From a virus, in IMG/VR virus record IMGVR_UViG_3300027833_000015, positions 89,884 to 153,883 of that record: a stretch of 64,000 nucleotides of DNA; one strand, given 5' to 3'. This document shows, piece by piece, positions 44,823 through 54,419 of the stretch (positions are counted from its first letter, which is position 1; each line of letters starts with the position of its first letter). The notes beneath the pieces were generated by a model. The model saw only the letters and a program-made list of their open reading frames with translations, had not been told where the DNA came from and searched no databases. Both the position numbers and the translations under genes were made by a program.

Positions 44823-45902
44823 CTAAGTGTAAATTACGTTGATTAAATTTCCATCGTTATTATATATAAAAGTCTTAGTCTCTATCACGCCATACCTGTT
44901 ACTATATTGTTGATATAATTGTCCATCATCATTATATGTAAAAGTTTTGAAACTCACACCATCATAATCTATCCGTATCAAGACGCCATCGTCGTCGTAT
45001 GTGTTCACTGGATTTATTGGGTCTGCTTGAAGATGATGATCGAACACATATATCCCACCATCTGAACCCAGTGTCGCAGAATTATCCGCATCACTAGAAA
45101 CATACATCTCACCAGAACCAGAACCACCACCACCACTATTTGGCGAATAGTTGCTACCACCACCACCAAGACTCGACAACCTGCGCAGTCTTACATCCAC
45201 CATCTTGATGAATTCTTTATAGTGGTCTCGCATCTCGGGGAACGTATTGAAATCATGGTTCTCAATATTGTAGTTCATTGTCTTCTCATTGAGATCTGAC
45301 AATTCCTTCAATGCTGCGGTGTACTCAGACATATTGTCTTTGGGCATGTCTGCCTCAGTTTCATCGTCAACATCGTCGACGACATCTGGTGTTTCTTCAA
45401 TCTCCTCTAATTTACCGATCGCTTCATCGAGATACGCTTGGATCTCTTCATTCTTCTTGATGAATGCTTCATTCTGACTTGCGCTGATTACATCCCTGAA
45501 GATAACAGGGTTGTCGGTGGGAATCGGTTCATCTACAATCTCTCCCAATTCCTTTGTCATGTCGGAGATCATGCTGAAGATATGATCTTTGTAATCGCCA
45601 GACATGGCGACCTCGGCAATAGTCTTCTCCTTTTCTATTATGACAGGAAGACCATCATCCAACAACTCCTCAGCAGCACCTTCCAAGAGATCTGCAATCA
45701 AACCACCGCAATTGATATCAATGTCGACTAATGGTTTCTTCTGGACTATCTCCGCTTTCTTCTGGATAGGTTTTATTTCTTCAACTATCACAGGTTGTGT
45801 TTCTTCAAATGCACTTTCCATATTCCCGAGCATCTCTGAGAGATCGAGTTCGATGCTATTGATCAAGGGTTTTTTGTCTTTGTCCAACATATACAGGTCC
45901 AT
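44823..45902 (-). CDS. Acidic protein with LSSLGGGG linker and C-terminal YD-like repeats
   Basis: Acidic N-terminus; TFTYNDDGQL and TFIYNNDGNL repeats; late promoter upstream. Confidence 0.6.
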   Translation of the reverse strand: MDLYMLDKDKKPLINSIELDLSEMLGNMESAFEETQPVIVEEIKPIQKKAEIVQKKPLVDIDINCGGLIADLLEGAAEELLDDGLPVIIEKEKTIAEVAMSGDYKDHIFSMISDMTKELGEIVDEPIPTDNPVIFRDVISASQNEAFIKKNEEIQAYLDEAIGKLEEIEETPDVVDDVDDETEADMPKDNMSEYTAALKELSDLNEKTMNYNIENHDFNTFPEMRDHYKEFIKMVDVRLRRLSSLGGGGSNYSPNSGGGGSGSGEMYVSSDADNSATLGSDGGIYVFDHHLQADPINPVNTYDDDGVLIRIDYDGVSFKTFTYNDDGQLYQQYSNRYGVIETKTFIYNNDGNLINVIYT

Positions 45903-45943
45903 CTGTTAATCGTTTCATCATCTTTTATGAGACTTTGAACACA

Positions 45944-45951
45944 TATTTATA
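45944..45951 (-). promoter_or_regulatory. T4-type late promoter TATAAATA
   Basis: Exact consensus heading the structural island. Confidence 0.75.
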
Positions 45952-46073
45952 TACATCATAAGAGTATAAAATTACACTTTCACAGCATATTTTCATCTAA
46001 ATACTAATGTGAGTTGATGTATCAACTTTATAATTCCTTTGTATATGCAACACAGGCACAAAGGAGGTTATTC

Positions 46074-46490
46074 ATGAACGACGAAAGAATATCTGAAGTC
46101 GAAACGAAACTGTACACTCACGAGGGGAGAATCAATCATGCAGAAGCAGATGTCAGGCACATTGTTGGGAACATTGATAGAATCGAAGAGCATATGCTCA
46201 GAGGTGCTACAAAATCAATCAACTACATGCCAATCATCAGTGGTGTTGTTGGTCTCTTGGGGGTCATGGGTACAGCAGTCTTCGGTATCATGAACTATGT
46301 CGATCTCCAACTTGTACATGTGCAGGATAAGAAGAGAGGGATGGAAGTCAGGGTTATGCAAAACTCTGAGCACATCAAAGATCTGACTGAAGTTGTATTG
46401 GATAGGTTGGGACGCTTGGAAGAGCGTCAGTCGACAATTGAGGGAGATGTTACCGAGCATGATCAAGATCAAAACGGTCATATCGATTAA
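46074..46490 (+). CDS. Coiled-coil/TM/coiled-coil membrane protein
   Basis: AAGGAGG RBS and its own terminator; the only clear plus-strand gene. Confidence 0.75.
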   Translation: MNDERISEVETKLYTHEGRINHAEADVRHIVGNIDRIEEHMLRGATKSINYMPIISGVVGLLGVMGTAVFGIMNYVDLQLVHVQDKKRGMEVRVMQNSEHIKDLTEVVLDRLGRLEERQSTIEGDVTEHDQDQNGHID

Positions 46491-46511
46491 CACAATCTTC
46501 AATACGTGCAG

Positions 46512-46535
46512 AGCACCCTTCGGGGTGCTTTTTTT
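46512..46535 (+). terminator. Intrinsic terminator
   Basis: AGCACCC-TTCG-GGGTGCT followed by a T-run. Confidence 0.9.
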
Positions 46536-46776
46536 ATTCCAAGTTTATTTTTCGATGCTGATAGTCGACATTGTCAAGGTTGACCACATCGGAGTTGAAT
46601 GCATCAACCATGAGGTTCATGTTCACTTCGAGTTCGTCAATTGAATCGCCAAATGCAGTAGCAGGGTCTACACTATACAAGGTGATGTCTCCGTCCTCGT
46701 TATAATAAACCTCACGGATCTCATATCCTCTATCCGCGCTTGTGGGTCTGAATGTTACTCTATAGTTCCAAGACAT
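46534..46776 (-). CDS. Small conserved phage protein
   Basis: MSWNYRV...IREVYYNEDG. Confidence 0.6.
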   Translation of the reverse strand: MSWNYRVTFRPTSADRGYEIREVYYNEDGDITLYSVDPATAFGDSIDELEVNMNLMVDAFNSDVVNLDNVDYQHRKINLE

Positions 46777-47506
46777 TCTCTGCGCTCCCGTGCTTTTCCT
46801 CATATGCATCCCTTAACTCTACAAAACCACCAATCCATTCGTCACGGTGCTCAACGAACACCTGCGAGTCTCCTTCTGAAGATGTGATAACAGTGACCAA
46901 CTTCGTGATGGGTTGACCTGTCATCTCTTCAAACATAACAGCGTATGCTGACTCCTGCTTAAAGTAGTTATATATCTGCGAGCGCGTCTTGCGCTTGTTG
47001 GATGTCTTCCAGTCAATGACTGCCAACTCACCGTCGAACTCAGCGATCATGTCAACCGTTCCTGCTGTACGCAGATGGTCAGAGTACATTCGACCTTCGT
47101 TGACACGGATGTTGTCGATAGACTTATCCGCAACGTCGCGCAGTCTCTTGTACATGTCATAGGCGTGAGGCATAACACCTTCGGGCAGTTTCATACCCAA
47201 GGAGGATTCCTCGACAACGATGCCATCGTTGGAGCAATAGTCCTCGATCAGTTTGTGTACAGAGGTGCCACGTGTAGACGCAGCGGTGGAGACACGCTGT
47301 GCCTCTTCTGCTCCGACTCGTCGACGCCATGCGTGGAGTCCTGCCTGCAACTTCTTACAGGAGGATGTGATGGTTGTCACCGAGGGATACGGACACGCAA
47401 TGGCACCATCTTCACGGACATAACAACGTGTTCCACCAACGTTGACTTGCTTGACCTTGGGGAGACCCACGAGGTCGAGTTTGAACTGCTTGTTTAATTT
47501 ACTCAT
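46760..47506 (-). CDS. PD-(D/E)XK exonuclease (Cas4/RecB-like)
   Basis: YPSVTT, RGTSVH, AGTVD, IDWKT, QESAYA. Confidence 0.88.
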   Translation of the reverse strand: MSKLNKQFKLDLVGLPKVKQVNVGGTRCYVREDGAIACPYPSVTTITSSCKKLQAGLHAWRRRVGAEEAQRVSTAASTRGTSVHKLIEDYCSNDGIVVEESSLGMKLPEGVMPHAYDMYKRLRDVADKSIDNIRVNEGRMYSDHLRTAGTVDMIAEFDGELAVIDWKTSNKRKTRSQIYNYFKQESAYAVMFEEMTGQPITKLVTVITSSEGDSQVFVEHRDEWIGGFVELRDAYEEKHGSAENVLEL

Positions 47507-47524
47507 GCTATATATTATACTCAA

Positions 47525-47938
47525 CTAGATTAGTTCGTCAACTGCACCTTCGCCAACATAGATACTCTTCATGTTGTCGGTTTGACAGATAATGGTCTTC
47601 ACTTTCTTGTACACTGGTTTGTTTGCCTTCTTCCACTCTTTTGCAAGCACACCACCCTGACCAAAGTCAGCAACAGCAAGAGCATATCGCCCATTGGCAG
47701 TCTTCAGCATGTGCAGTTGAACTGGGTCGCCTCCCTGCTCGAATGTCCAGATGAATAACATCTGATCAAGTGGGTCGAACCCTGCCATTGCATCTTGTTC
47801 GAGGAAATTAGATATGTCCTCGACGCACTGCAACGTGCATGGGTGTAAGTCTTCAACTCGTTCTTTCATTGGTGTGCTCCTGTTGTTTGATCTATTTAGT
47901 TCTGCGACATGCAGTATCTTCTGGATACGGTTTGACAT
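47525..47938 (-). CDS. Hypothetical protein
   Basis: ORF in operon order. Confidence 0.55.
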   Translation of the reverse strand: MSNRIQKILHVAELNRSNNRSTPMKERVEDLHPCTLQCVEDISNFLEQDAMAGFDPLDQMLFIWTFEQGGDPVQLHMLKTANGRYALAVADFGQGGVLAKEWKKANKPVYKKVKTIICQTDNMKSIYVGEGAVDELI

Positions 47939-48362
47939 ATATCGCCCTGACGCTACATTTGCTCAGCAGATCCAACCCACAACCCTGATGCCCTCTGAAT
48001 TGTTCGGAGTAAAACACTCGAGCAATACCGCTGGCAGCAATCAGTCTGGCACACTTGATGCAGGGAGAGTGAGTCACGAACATCCAAGTTCCTTCACTGG
48101 ACGAACCACTCCTCGACATCTTACAGATGGCATTCTCCTCAGCGTGCAGGACTTCCTCCTTGGTCTTCGTCTCACCGTCCACTTTGCGTTCGCAGACGTT
48201 TGACAGACCAGCAGGCATCCCATTGTACCCGACAGAAACGATTGCTCCTGTGCTCGGGTCGACAATGATCGCTCCAACCTTCAACCGTTTGGCGGTGGAG
48301 CATTGCGCAAAGTTCCGCGCTGTATCCATGTACGCTCGGCACACTTCCTTCTTCATCTTCAT
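47892..48362 (-). CDS. cd: dCMP deaminase
   Basis: VGAII, GYNG, HAEENA, PCIKC. Confidence 0.93.
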   Translation of the reverse strand: MKMKKEVCRAYMDTARNFAQCSTAKRLKVGAIIVDPSTGAIVSVGYNGMPAGLSNVCERKVDGETKTKEEVLHAEENAICKMSRSGSSSEGTWMFVTHSPCIKCARLIAASGIARVFYSEQFRGHQGCGLDLLSKCSVRAIYVKPYPEDTACRRTK

Positions 48363-48673
48363 CGTCGCATCCTTGCTATTTCTATTATTTCTTGATTATT
48401 TAAGACTGGAACCGCATTGCTCTTGTGCATGCAACTGATACCTTTGATCAGTGTACCTGTGTACGCATGTTTCTCTGGAGCACTACACACCCCACGCTGA
48501 TCTGAATCAGCGGACTTGTACTGTGACGTGTCACCTCTCAGTGGACGCACAGGAGCATCAGGCATGGGTTTGAATTCTTGAGTCGGGTGCTTCTGGAATC
48601 GCTCGCCTCCGAGCATCTTCTTCTTCTTGACCTTCCGACCGTTGAAGTCGTGGGATGTCGAATAATATTTCAT
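48359..48673 (-). CDS. Conserved hypothetical protein
   Basis: YTGTLIKGISCMHKSNAVPV motif. Confidence 0.6.
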   Translation of the reverse strand: MKYYSTSHDFNGRKVKKKKMLGGERFQKHPTQEFKPMPDAPVRPLRGDTSQYKSADSDQRGVCSAPEKHAYTGTLIKGISCMHKSNAVPVLNNQEIIEIARMRR

Positions 48674-48776
48674 CAACCAATCCCCAGCGCGATTGACAGA
48701 AGTAGAATGCCCCAACCGATGAGAGGAGCGAGAATTATCAATCCCCCAATTAGAAATATTGCACCCACTAAACATT

Positions 48777-49037
48777 TCATAAACAACCTTCTCTCTCAAT
48801 TAACGAACAACCATTATCATTCTCCACTGCTTCAAACTGCAAGAAGTCTAGATCAAAGAAGAATGATGTATACTTGCCCACTGTGTCAGGCACTGCTTCC
48901 ACGAACGTGTATACAGCAGTCCCGTTGTATGACCAAAACACCCACGTGTCAGTTGGTCCATTATCAACCAGATGACCTTCGGTCTCAATCTCGTCAGAGA
49001 ATCCACCGAACACTCGCACCAACTGCTTCTTAATCAT
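48777..49037 (-). CDS. Hypothetical protein
   Basis: Coupled ORF. Confidence 0.5.
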   Translation of the reverse strand: MIKKQLVRVFGGFSDEIETEGHLVDNGPTDTWVFWSYNGTAVYTFVEAVPDTVGKYTSFFFDLDFLQFEAVENDNGCSLIEREGCL

Positions 49038-49591
49038 GACTGCTCCAATGCTTTTTTGACTTGCGCATAGTCGGGGAAATAGTCGCGCTGTTCGATATTT
49101 GTTGTCTCGAGTTCTACTATTAACATCAATCGCTCAGACCCGAAATTGAAGACTGTATGTTCCACCCTAGTATTGAGTAGATACAGGGTGTCCTGATCAT
49201 ACTTCAATTGGTATGATTCGTTGCTGCTCGAAACCCACGCACAGAAACTTTCTGTTGAGTGTAGGTTGCATTCAGACAACATCAGGTTTATTCCACACCC
49301 TCTGTTGGTATCTTTGTGCTTTGGGTAATATGTGTTGGGTTGCATCTTCGCGACCCCAATTGTCAGTATCGGGAAATCTGCGTCGATGTTTCTCAGTGTT
49401 TGAGATATATTCAGACAAGTTTCTATGTCAATATGCAGTGCTTCCCACCAGTAGTATTTGAACCACTGCTCAGGAGTTGAGTGCTTGATAGCACGAAGTG
49501 CCATCTTCCGCAGGGCAGCGTTTGGTGCCCTGTTAGCAACCCAATCTTGTAGGTCACTGTTGACCTGCACAAAGCAATCTGATTCAATCAT
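49034..49591 (-). CDS. Cupin/2OG-Fe(II) oxygenase-like (Asp/Asn hydroxylase-like)
   Basis: HKD...LNTRVEHTV...R. Confidence 0.7.
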   Translation of the reverse strand: MIESDCFVQVNSDLQDWVANRAPNAALRKMALRAIKHSTPEQWFKYYWWEALHIDIETCLNISQTLRNIDADFPILTIGVAKMQPNTYYPKHKDTNRGCGINLMLSECNLHSTESFCAWVSSSNESYQLKYDQDTLYLLNTRVEHTVFNFGSERLMLIVELETTNIEQRDYFPDYAQVKKALEQS

Positions 49592-49803
49592 TAGTCAATC
49601 CATGGTCCAAGAGAGACCAGTCGACGATAGACGGGAAACCCATTGACTGCGATAGACCTCGGACAAACCTTTGCCCACTCGTCTGCTTCCTGCCAATCCT
49701 TTCCAGTCGCATAGACAAGGGTCTGCCATTGAGCATCTAGTGCGGTATGGCATTGAGCATCTCCAACTCGCTCTTGCATCAGATATATCACCTCATCTTT
49801 CAT
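49591..49803 (-). CDS. Hypothetical protein
   Basis: Coupled ORF. Confidence 0.5.
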   Translation of the reverse strand: MKDEVIYLMQERVGDAQCHTALDAQWQTLVYATGKDWQEADEWAKVCPRSIAVNGFPVYRRLVSLGPWID

Positions 49804-50039
49804 ATGGTGCCTCCATATTCTGCTTTGTTCTTTGCATTGTCCGTGTGCATCAGTAGTCCACGTGCTTCCTCAACGCTATCGTACTGCTGATAGAATTCAG
49901 TCTGCTTCTTTTCTTCCATGACCACCCAGTGGTCATCCGAACTTGAGAACACGTTGACATCATCGTTGTCTGTATCGACATCCACAAACTGGATCGATGT
50001 GGTGGTCTTCGTGATCTTGTATCGCGTTATTCCTGCCAT
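49800..50039 (-). CDS. Hypothetical protein
   Basis: Coupled ORF. Confidence 0.5.
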   Translation of the reverse strand: MAGITRYKITKTTTSIQFVDVDTDNDDVNVFSSSDDHWVVMEEKKQTEFYQQYDSVEEARGLLMHTDNAKNKAEYGGTI

Positions 50040-50040
50040 G

Positions 50041-50613
50041 CTACGCTCCTGTGTATTCAGCGACGAGTCGCCAGTTGTTGTATTCTGAATCGCTCCAGAT
50101 GTTGACTAGATTGTCATCTGCGTTGAGTTCTTCTTGGAACTCGTCGAATGTAACATCACGCAAACAGCGTGGTTTTCTCGAGGTGTGGCGATATGCCATC
50201 AGTCGAATACCTTTGGTATCAAACATCCTGTTCCATATAGACTGACCACCACGGGACTGGACTGACCCAGAAATAATATTAATGCCTGTTGCTCGCATCA
50301 CTGCGCGGTACAATTTCGGTGCCAGTCCATATCCGTTGTACAATCCACCAATCTCAACCATGGTGACTGAGTAGAACTGTCTACGCTCATAGTCGCCATA
50401 CTCTTCTTCGAGGGTCAATGACAGAACCATATCGCCTTTGTTGCCGCTGTCGTCTCGGATATATCCCGACACAAACATCTCACGACCAATGTGACATGCA
50501 AACAATTCAATCTTACCCACTTTGGCGATTCGGGAAATGCCTTCATCCCGATCGATTCTGCTCATATTTGTTTTGCCTAATCGCCCAGTCTTGGTGATGC
50601 TACATTTTTCCAT
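50041..50613 (-). CDS. GNAT-like acetyltransferase
   Basis: YNGYGLAPKLY (motif A-like) and QSRGGQSIW. Confidence 0.65.
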   Translation of the reverse strand: MEKCSITKTGRLGKTNMSRIDRDEGISRIAKVGKIELFACHIGREMFVSGYIRDDSGNKGDMVLSLTLEEEYGDYERRQFYSVTMVEIGGLYNGYGLAPKLYRAVMRATGINIISGSVQSRGGQSIWNRMFDTKGIRLMAYRHTSRKPRCLRDVTFDEFQEELNADDNLVNIWSDSEYNNWRLVAEYTGA

Positions 50614-50797
50614 TTACGAGTGCCTCTCCGTTTGAACCCAATGTCATAGAAGTGACTTCTTCTACATCCAAGATCATGCGGAGGTCGTCATACATATAAC
50701 GAACACGGGCGATTGCGGCATCGACAGTGACGGCATCCACTATAGTTGACAACTTGATGCAAAATTCGTCATGATATGTAACCTTATATTCATTCAT
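50600..50797 (-). CDS. Hypothetical early protein
   Basis: Coupled ORF. Confidence 0.5.
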   Translation of the reverse strand: MNEYKVTYHDEFCIKLSTIVDAVTVDAAIARVRYMYDDLRMILDVEEVTSMTLGSNGEALVNGKM

Positions 50798-50910
50798 CTC
50801 TAAAACCCCAAAGTAGCAGCGACGAGGTATAGTGGTACAAGCACGCTGGCAAGTACACCGAGAATAACAGCGTGGTATTTCAAGTCGCTCATACGTTCTT
50901 TCATTTTCAT

Positions 50911-51003
50911 ATTCCTCTTGGTTTCTCTCTCAACTTGCAACCATTATATCATTATCAAGGTACAAGGACAAGTTCTAAAAAAGTGAATAGAATCAAGCAC
51001 TTG
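50911..51003 (-). promoter_or_regulatory. IHF/promoter cassette, copy 7
   Basis: Box AATCAAGCACTTG 50991-51003; TTGTCC-17-TATAAT. Confidence 0.85.
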
Positions 51004-51247
51004 CGAATGCTAGTGCATCGACAGCAGCACGCATCACGACAAACTGTCCACAGAGTTTTCCCTCAACAACAACACCGTCAACATAGATGTAAGACTTTGA
51101 CTGGAGTGCTGAGAGATACCCAGCGACTTGGTTCACTGACAGCGACTCGACCATCGGTGCAACTTCATTACCGAAACCGAAGTCTCCACCGTTTTCGTTT
51201 TGGTTATCGATACACGCTTGGAGGACTAACTGTTCGTTCTTGTTCAT
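50993..51247 (-). CDS. Small winged-helix-like early protein
   Basis: Single gene between two cassettes; LSVNQVAGYLSALQSKSYI. Confidence 0.6.
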   Translation of the reverse strand: MNKNEQLVLQACIDNQNENGGDFGFGNEVAPMVESLSVNQVAGYLSALQSKSYIYVDGVVVEGKLCGQFVVMRAAVDALAFASA

Positions 51248-51248
51248 T

Positions 51249-51346
51249 TCTGTATTCCCTTTGATTTCTCTCTCAACTTGCAACCATTATATCGTTATCA
51301 AGGTACAAGGACAAGTTCTAAAAAAGTGAATAGAATCAACAACTTA
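51249..51346 (-). promoter_or_regulatory. IHF/promoter cassette, copy 8
   Basis: Nearly identical to copy 7; box 51334-51346. Confidence 0.85.
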
Positions 51347-51847
51347 CGATAACTGACTCATCGCTTGCTGTATCAGGAGTGGATCTGCTTTGGTCAACAG
51401 ACTCAGGGAATACTGCTTCTCCACCCGATACAACTTCCAGAACGCAGGGTCTTGAACCTTGATGTCAGCGGTGTTGTGTATCAGGTCGGCAACCTTGATG
51501 GTCTGTGACTCCGCTGGACCACGAGCATAGTGCTCAGCATCCATACGCTTCCTCAGAGCGCGATTCCCGTCCTCGGGGACGCTGACATCGGTCAGGAAGC
51601 GAACATACTCTCCAACGACCTCTCCGAACCTCCTCACGACCTCCTCCAGCGTGACAGGAGTGTCCTCCACAACGTCATGGAGGAGTGCCGCCATCAGCAT
51701 CTCCTCGGAGTGCTCGACCGTGGAGACGACTCTCGCGACCTCTATGGGGTGGGAGATATATGGTTTGTTATTATATTTCCGCTTCTGACCAAGGTGCGCT
51801 CGAGTGGCGAACCTCAGTGCGGAGTTTATTCTGAATCTATCGTACAT
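51344..51847 (-). CDS. HD-domain hydrolase, Mesh1/SpoT small alarmone hydrolase-like
   Basis: AHLGQKRK, PYISHP, ALLHDVVEDT, KVADLIHN. Confidence 0.88.
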   Translation of the reverse strand: MYDRFRINSALRFATRAHLGQKRKYNNKPYISHPIEVARVVSTVEHSEEMLMAALLHDVVEDTPVTLEEVVRRFGEVVGEYVRFLTDVSVPEDGNRALRKRMDAEHYARGPAESQTIKVADLIHNTADIKVQDPAFWKLYRVEKQYSLSLLTKADPLLIQQAMSQLS

Positions 51848-51851
51848 ACAT

Positions 51852-51931
51852 ATTCCTCTCAATTGCAACCATTATAGCGTGTCGCATATACAAGAACAAG
51901 TTCTGAAAACCTGAATAGAATCAATGACTTA
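51852..51931 (-). promoter_or_regulatory. IHF/promoter cassette, copy 9
   Basis: Box 51919-51931; TTGTTC-17-TATAAT. Confidence 0.8.
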
Positions 51932-52062
51932 CGGTTACGGGATTTCTATACTGTGTCTTTGGAGACTGGTGGGTTTGGGCACACCATTTGTCGCCCATGC
52001 CATGATGGTGAGACTCAGTGGTATCATTATCGCTGCTGCGATGACTATCCTTTTTGTTTCGT

Positions 52063-52641
52063 TCATAGGTAATTCCACGATATTGCGATTCTGCTTCTCT
52101 CGGGTGGCACACGCTCTTGTCTTCGTACCATGTGTTCTAACCATGGTGGCCAAACGTTCATCTGACCAGTCTCGGGTTGATGCGGAAACTGCACCTTGTC
52201 CGTCGGCACCCATGGTTCACCCAATTGAACATGAACAAATGCAGGGTGTCTGTACATTATCACAGCAGAGTCTTCATCTGCATATGGATAATATGTACCT
52301 GCTACCATGGAATGAGGATGACAGTGAAGTCCATGGTCATCGTTTTCATTGTATACAGAATACCAATACTTGACTCTGCCAAACATCATTTCACTAGGAG
52401 CATTGCGCGACTCAAGAAACTGTTTTGATGCCATGAGCATACATTCTTCCATTTCTTTGCAAAACGGTTGACCCTGTGCCATAGAGTCATTAAATCTCTG
52501 GTCATGAAATGAGGTGTAGTGGTTGTAGTCGTCCAGTCTGTCTCGAACATAATCTTCGATTGCCATGTGAGGCAGGTCTGCGACACTGAACTGCATAGGC
52601 GTGGCGAATAGTGACAGGTTCTTCGTTTCAGATAAACTCAA
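52063..52641 (-). CDS. 2OG-Fe(II) oxygenase (TIGR02466-like)
   Basis: HCHP, GTYY, WPPWLEHMV, RIAISWN. Confidence 0.85.
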   Translation of the reverse strand: MSLSETKNLSLFATPMQFSVADLPHMAIEDYVRDRLDDYNHYTSFHDQRFNDSMAQGQPFCKEMEECMLMASKQFLESRNAPSEMMFGRVKYWYSVYNENDDHGLHCHPHSMVAGTYYPYADEDSAVIMYRHPAFVHVQLGEPWVPTDKVQFPHQPETGQMNVWPPWLEHMVRRQERVPPERSRIAISWNYL

Positions 52642-52877
52642 AAGTCTTCGCCCCGACGATACTGGTTGCGGATGTCTGCCAATGGATCAAAGTCAGCGTT
52701 CTCTTTGGTCTTCTCTGCTGCTTCCTCTTCACCGTTCACGACACGCTCCATATAACCCAACAGGAGGTTTGCCATTGACACGCCTCGCTCCTTCGCCTTC
52801 TCCTTGAACTGAGCATGGAGATACTCAGGCACACGGATGTTGAACAGTCGTGTGTTACCTTTCTTGTATTCAGACAT
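52638..52877 (-). CDS. Ribbon-helix-helix DNA-binding protein
   Basis: FNIRVPEYLHAQFKEKAKERGVSMANLL. Confidence 0.8.
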   Translation of the reverse strand: MSEYKKGNTRLFNIRVPEYLHAQFKEKAKERGVSMANLLLGYMERVVNGEEEAAEKTKENADFDPLADIRNQYRRGEDF

Positions 52878-53454
52878 CGGAGGATCCTGTTGCTTTCCAC
52901 CATGATGGTGGATCTCTGTGTGACCAAACCATCTTGAATCTCTGCTGCTTCGTGTGGTAGAAGTCGCGGTATGATTGAATCGGGTCGTCAGTATTTATAC
53001 ACTCAGGTGCAGCACCCATAGCAAGGGGAAACGGAGTGACCTCTGCGCTCGGGTCGATGTTTGCTGGTGGCCAGTACAGATACTTTGCCAGTGCTTGGTA
53101 TGTCTTGTGTGTCTTGGAGTATCGGTGCGTGTACTCTCTGGCGATCGCCTCGAAGAGTTTGAATGACCACTCGTAGTTGCCACGAGTCTCTCTGGACCAG
53201 ATAGTGCATGGGTGGTTGTAGTGACATGCTTTGTACAGCGTATCTTCTCGTTGACTTTGGGCAACGCCATAGACAATCTTCCATGCCTTCTTGTTCCTGC
53301 CCGTCTTTGTCTTGCCAGTATACTCGGCACCATCTACCAGTCGGTGTACTGTAGAAAGCATCTGACCTTCTTCCAGTATCATCTTGATTACATGCGAGTC
53401 ACATAGTGACTGCGCGCATCCAACTGGGTTGTCCTCAATAATAAATCTATTCAC
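52870..53454 (-). CDS. Pyrimidine-dimer DNA glycosylase / DenV-family protein
   Basis: DSHVIKMILE, NHPCTIW, EYTHRY, SYRDFY. Confidence 0.8.
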   Translation of the reverse strand: MNRFIIEDNPVGCAQSLCDSHVIKMILEEGQMLSTVHRLVDGAEYTGKTKTGRNKKAWKIVYGVAQSQREDTLYKACHYNHPCTIWSRETRGNYEWSFKLFEAIAREYTHRYSKTHKTYQALAKYLYWPPANIDPSAEVTPFPLAMGAAPECINTDDPIQSYRDFYHTKQQRFKMVWSHRDPPSWWKATGSSDV

Positions 53455-53457
53455 TCT

Positions 53458-54417
53458 TCACTCCCATGTTCGTTTTTTCATATCAATATCAGCACCTGGA
53501 ATGATGTGTTCATCTTCTTCAACAAACACTTCGTATTCTTGCAGATCTTCGTCATCGGGTATGTCGAGTTCTACTTCCTCGACCACTTCCTGAGGTGTTT
53601 CTATATCAATACTCACAACATTGTCAGGTGCCACTTTGTGGTTGCCGTCTTCGTAGAATATCTTTGACATCCGCTTCTGTCTGAAACCCATGGATGCAGC
53701 AAGTAGCAGTACAACTGCCAGTGGGTCAAAGCATACAATGATCAGTATGATGACTCCGCGCACTGCTTCGTCAAAGTAGTCCTTCGCATTCTCCTCGCCA
53801 TACACCATCTCTGCGATGTACTTGAGTGGTCCAACCTCTACTTCTATGGCAAGTTTCTCCTGCTGTAGTGGTGTCAGTCGTCCCTGTAGTTCCTCGATCT
53901 TCGCATACCCGTCATTAATGGCAGCGTTCATAGCGTCACGTTCGTCGCCCTGCGACTTCCTCGTTGCTACTGCACCGTCTGGACCACGCACCCTGTCATA
54001 CTCCAAGAGGGTGGCGACTGTTCGGTCGAGTTGTTCTATGACAACCGTGGAGTCGCTGATCGTTCGTTCCTCGTTTTGTATCTGTCGCTCGAGGTTTGTT
54101 ATCTGGAGATCATTGATACCACCTGTGGATATGGTATGCTCCAGATGTGCTTTGGATAGAAACCCAAAGATGCCGAGGGAAGTTATCACCATCAGTACCA
54201 ACACAGCGACTGTCAGGTACGACTTCATCAACCACGGTGCTGCCTTCCAGTTAGCATGTAACCATGCAGCAGTCACCAACTTGCCGACTTCGAGTACAGC
54301 ACCCATGATTGCGATAGCAATTGTCGCACCTGCGAATATTGCCATGAGTCCTGCGATGCTATACCATGCTGCGACACCAGCAATAGAGATTGATGTGAGT
54401 AGTGCTAACCAGCGCAT
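53458..54417 (-). CDS. Conserved membrane coiled-coil protein
   Basis: LEVGKLV, SLGIFGFLSKAH, EVGPLKYIA, FDPLAV. Confidence 0.75.
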   Translation of the reverse strand: MRWLALLTSISIAGVAAWYSIAGLMAIFAGATIAIAIMGAVLEVGKLVTAAWLHANWKAAPWLMKSYLTVAVLVLMVITSLGIFGFLSKAHLEHTISTGGINDLQITNLERQIQNEERTISDSTVVIEQLDRTVATLLEYDRVRGPDGAVATRKSQGDERDAMNAAINDGYAKIEELQGRLTPLQQEKLAIEVEVGPLKYIAEMVYGEENAKDYFDEAVRGVIILIIVCFDPLAVVLLLAASMGFRQKRMSKIFYEDGNHKVAPDNVVSIDIETPQEVVEEVELDIPDDEDLQEYEVFVEEDEHIIPGADIDMKKRTWE

Positions 54418-54419
54418 TG

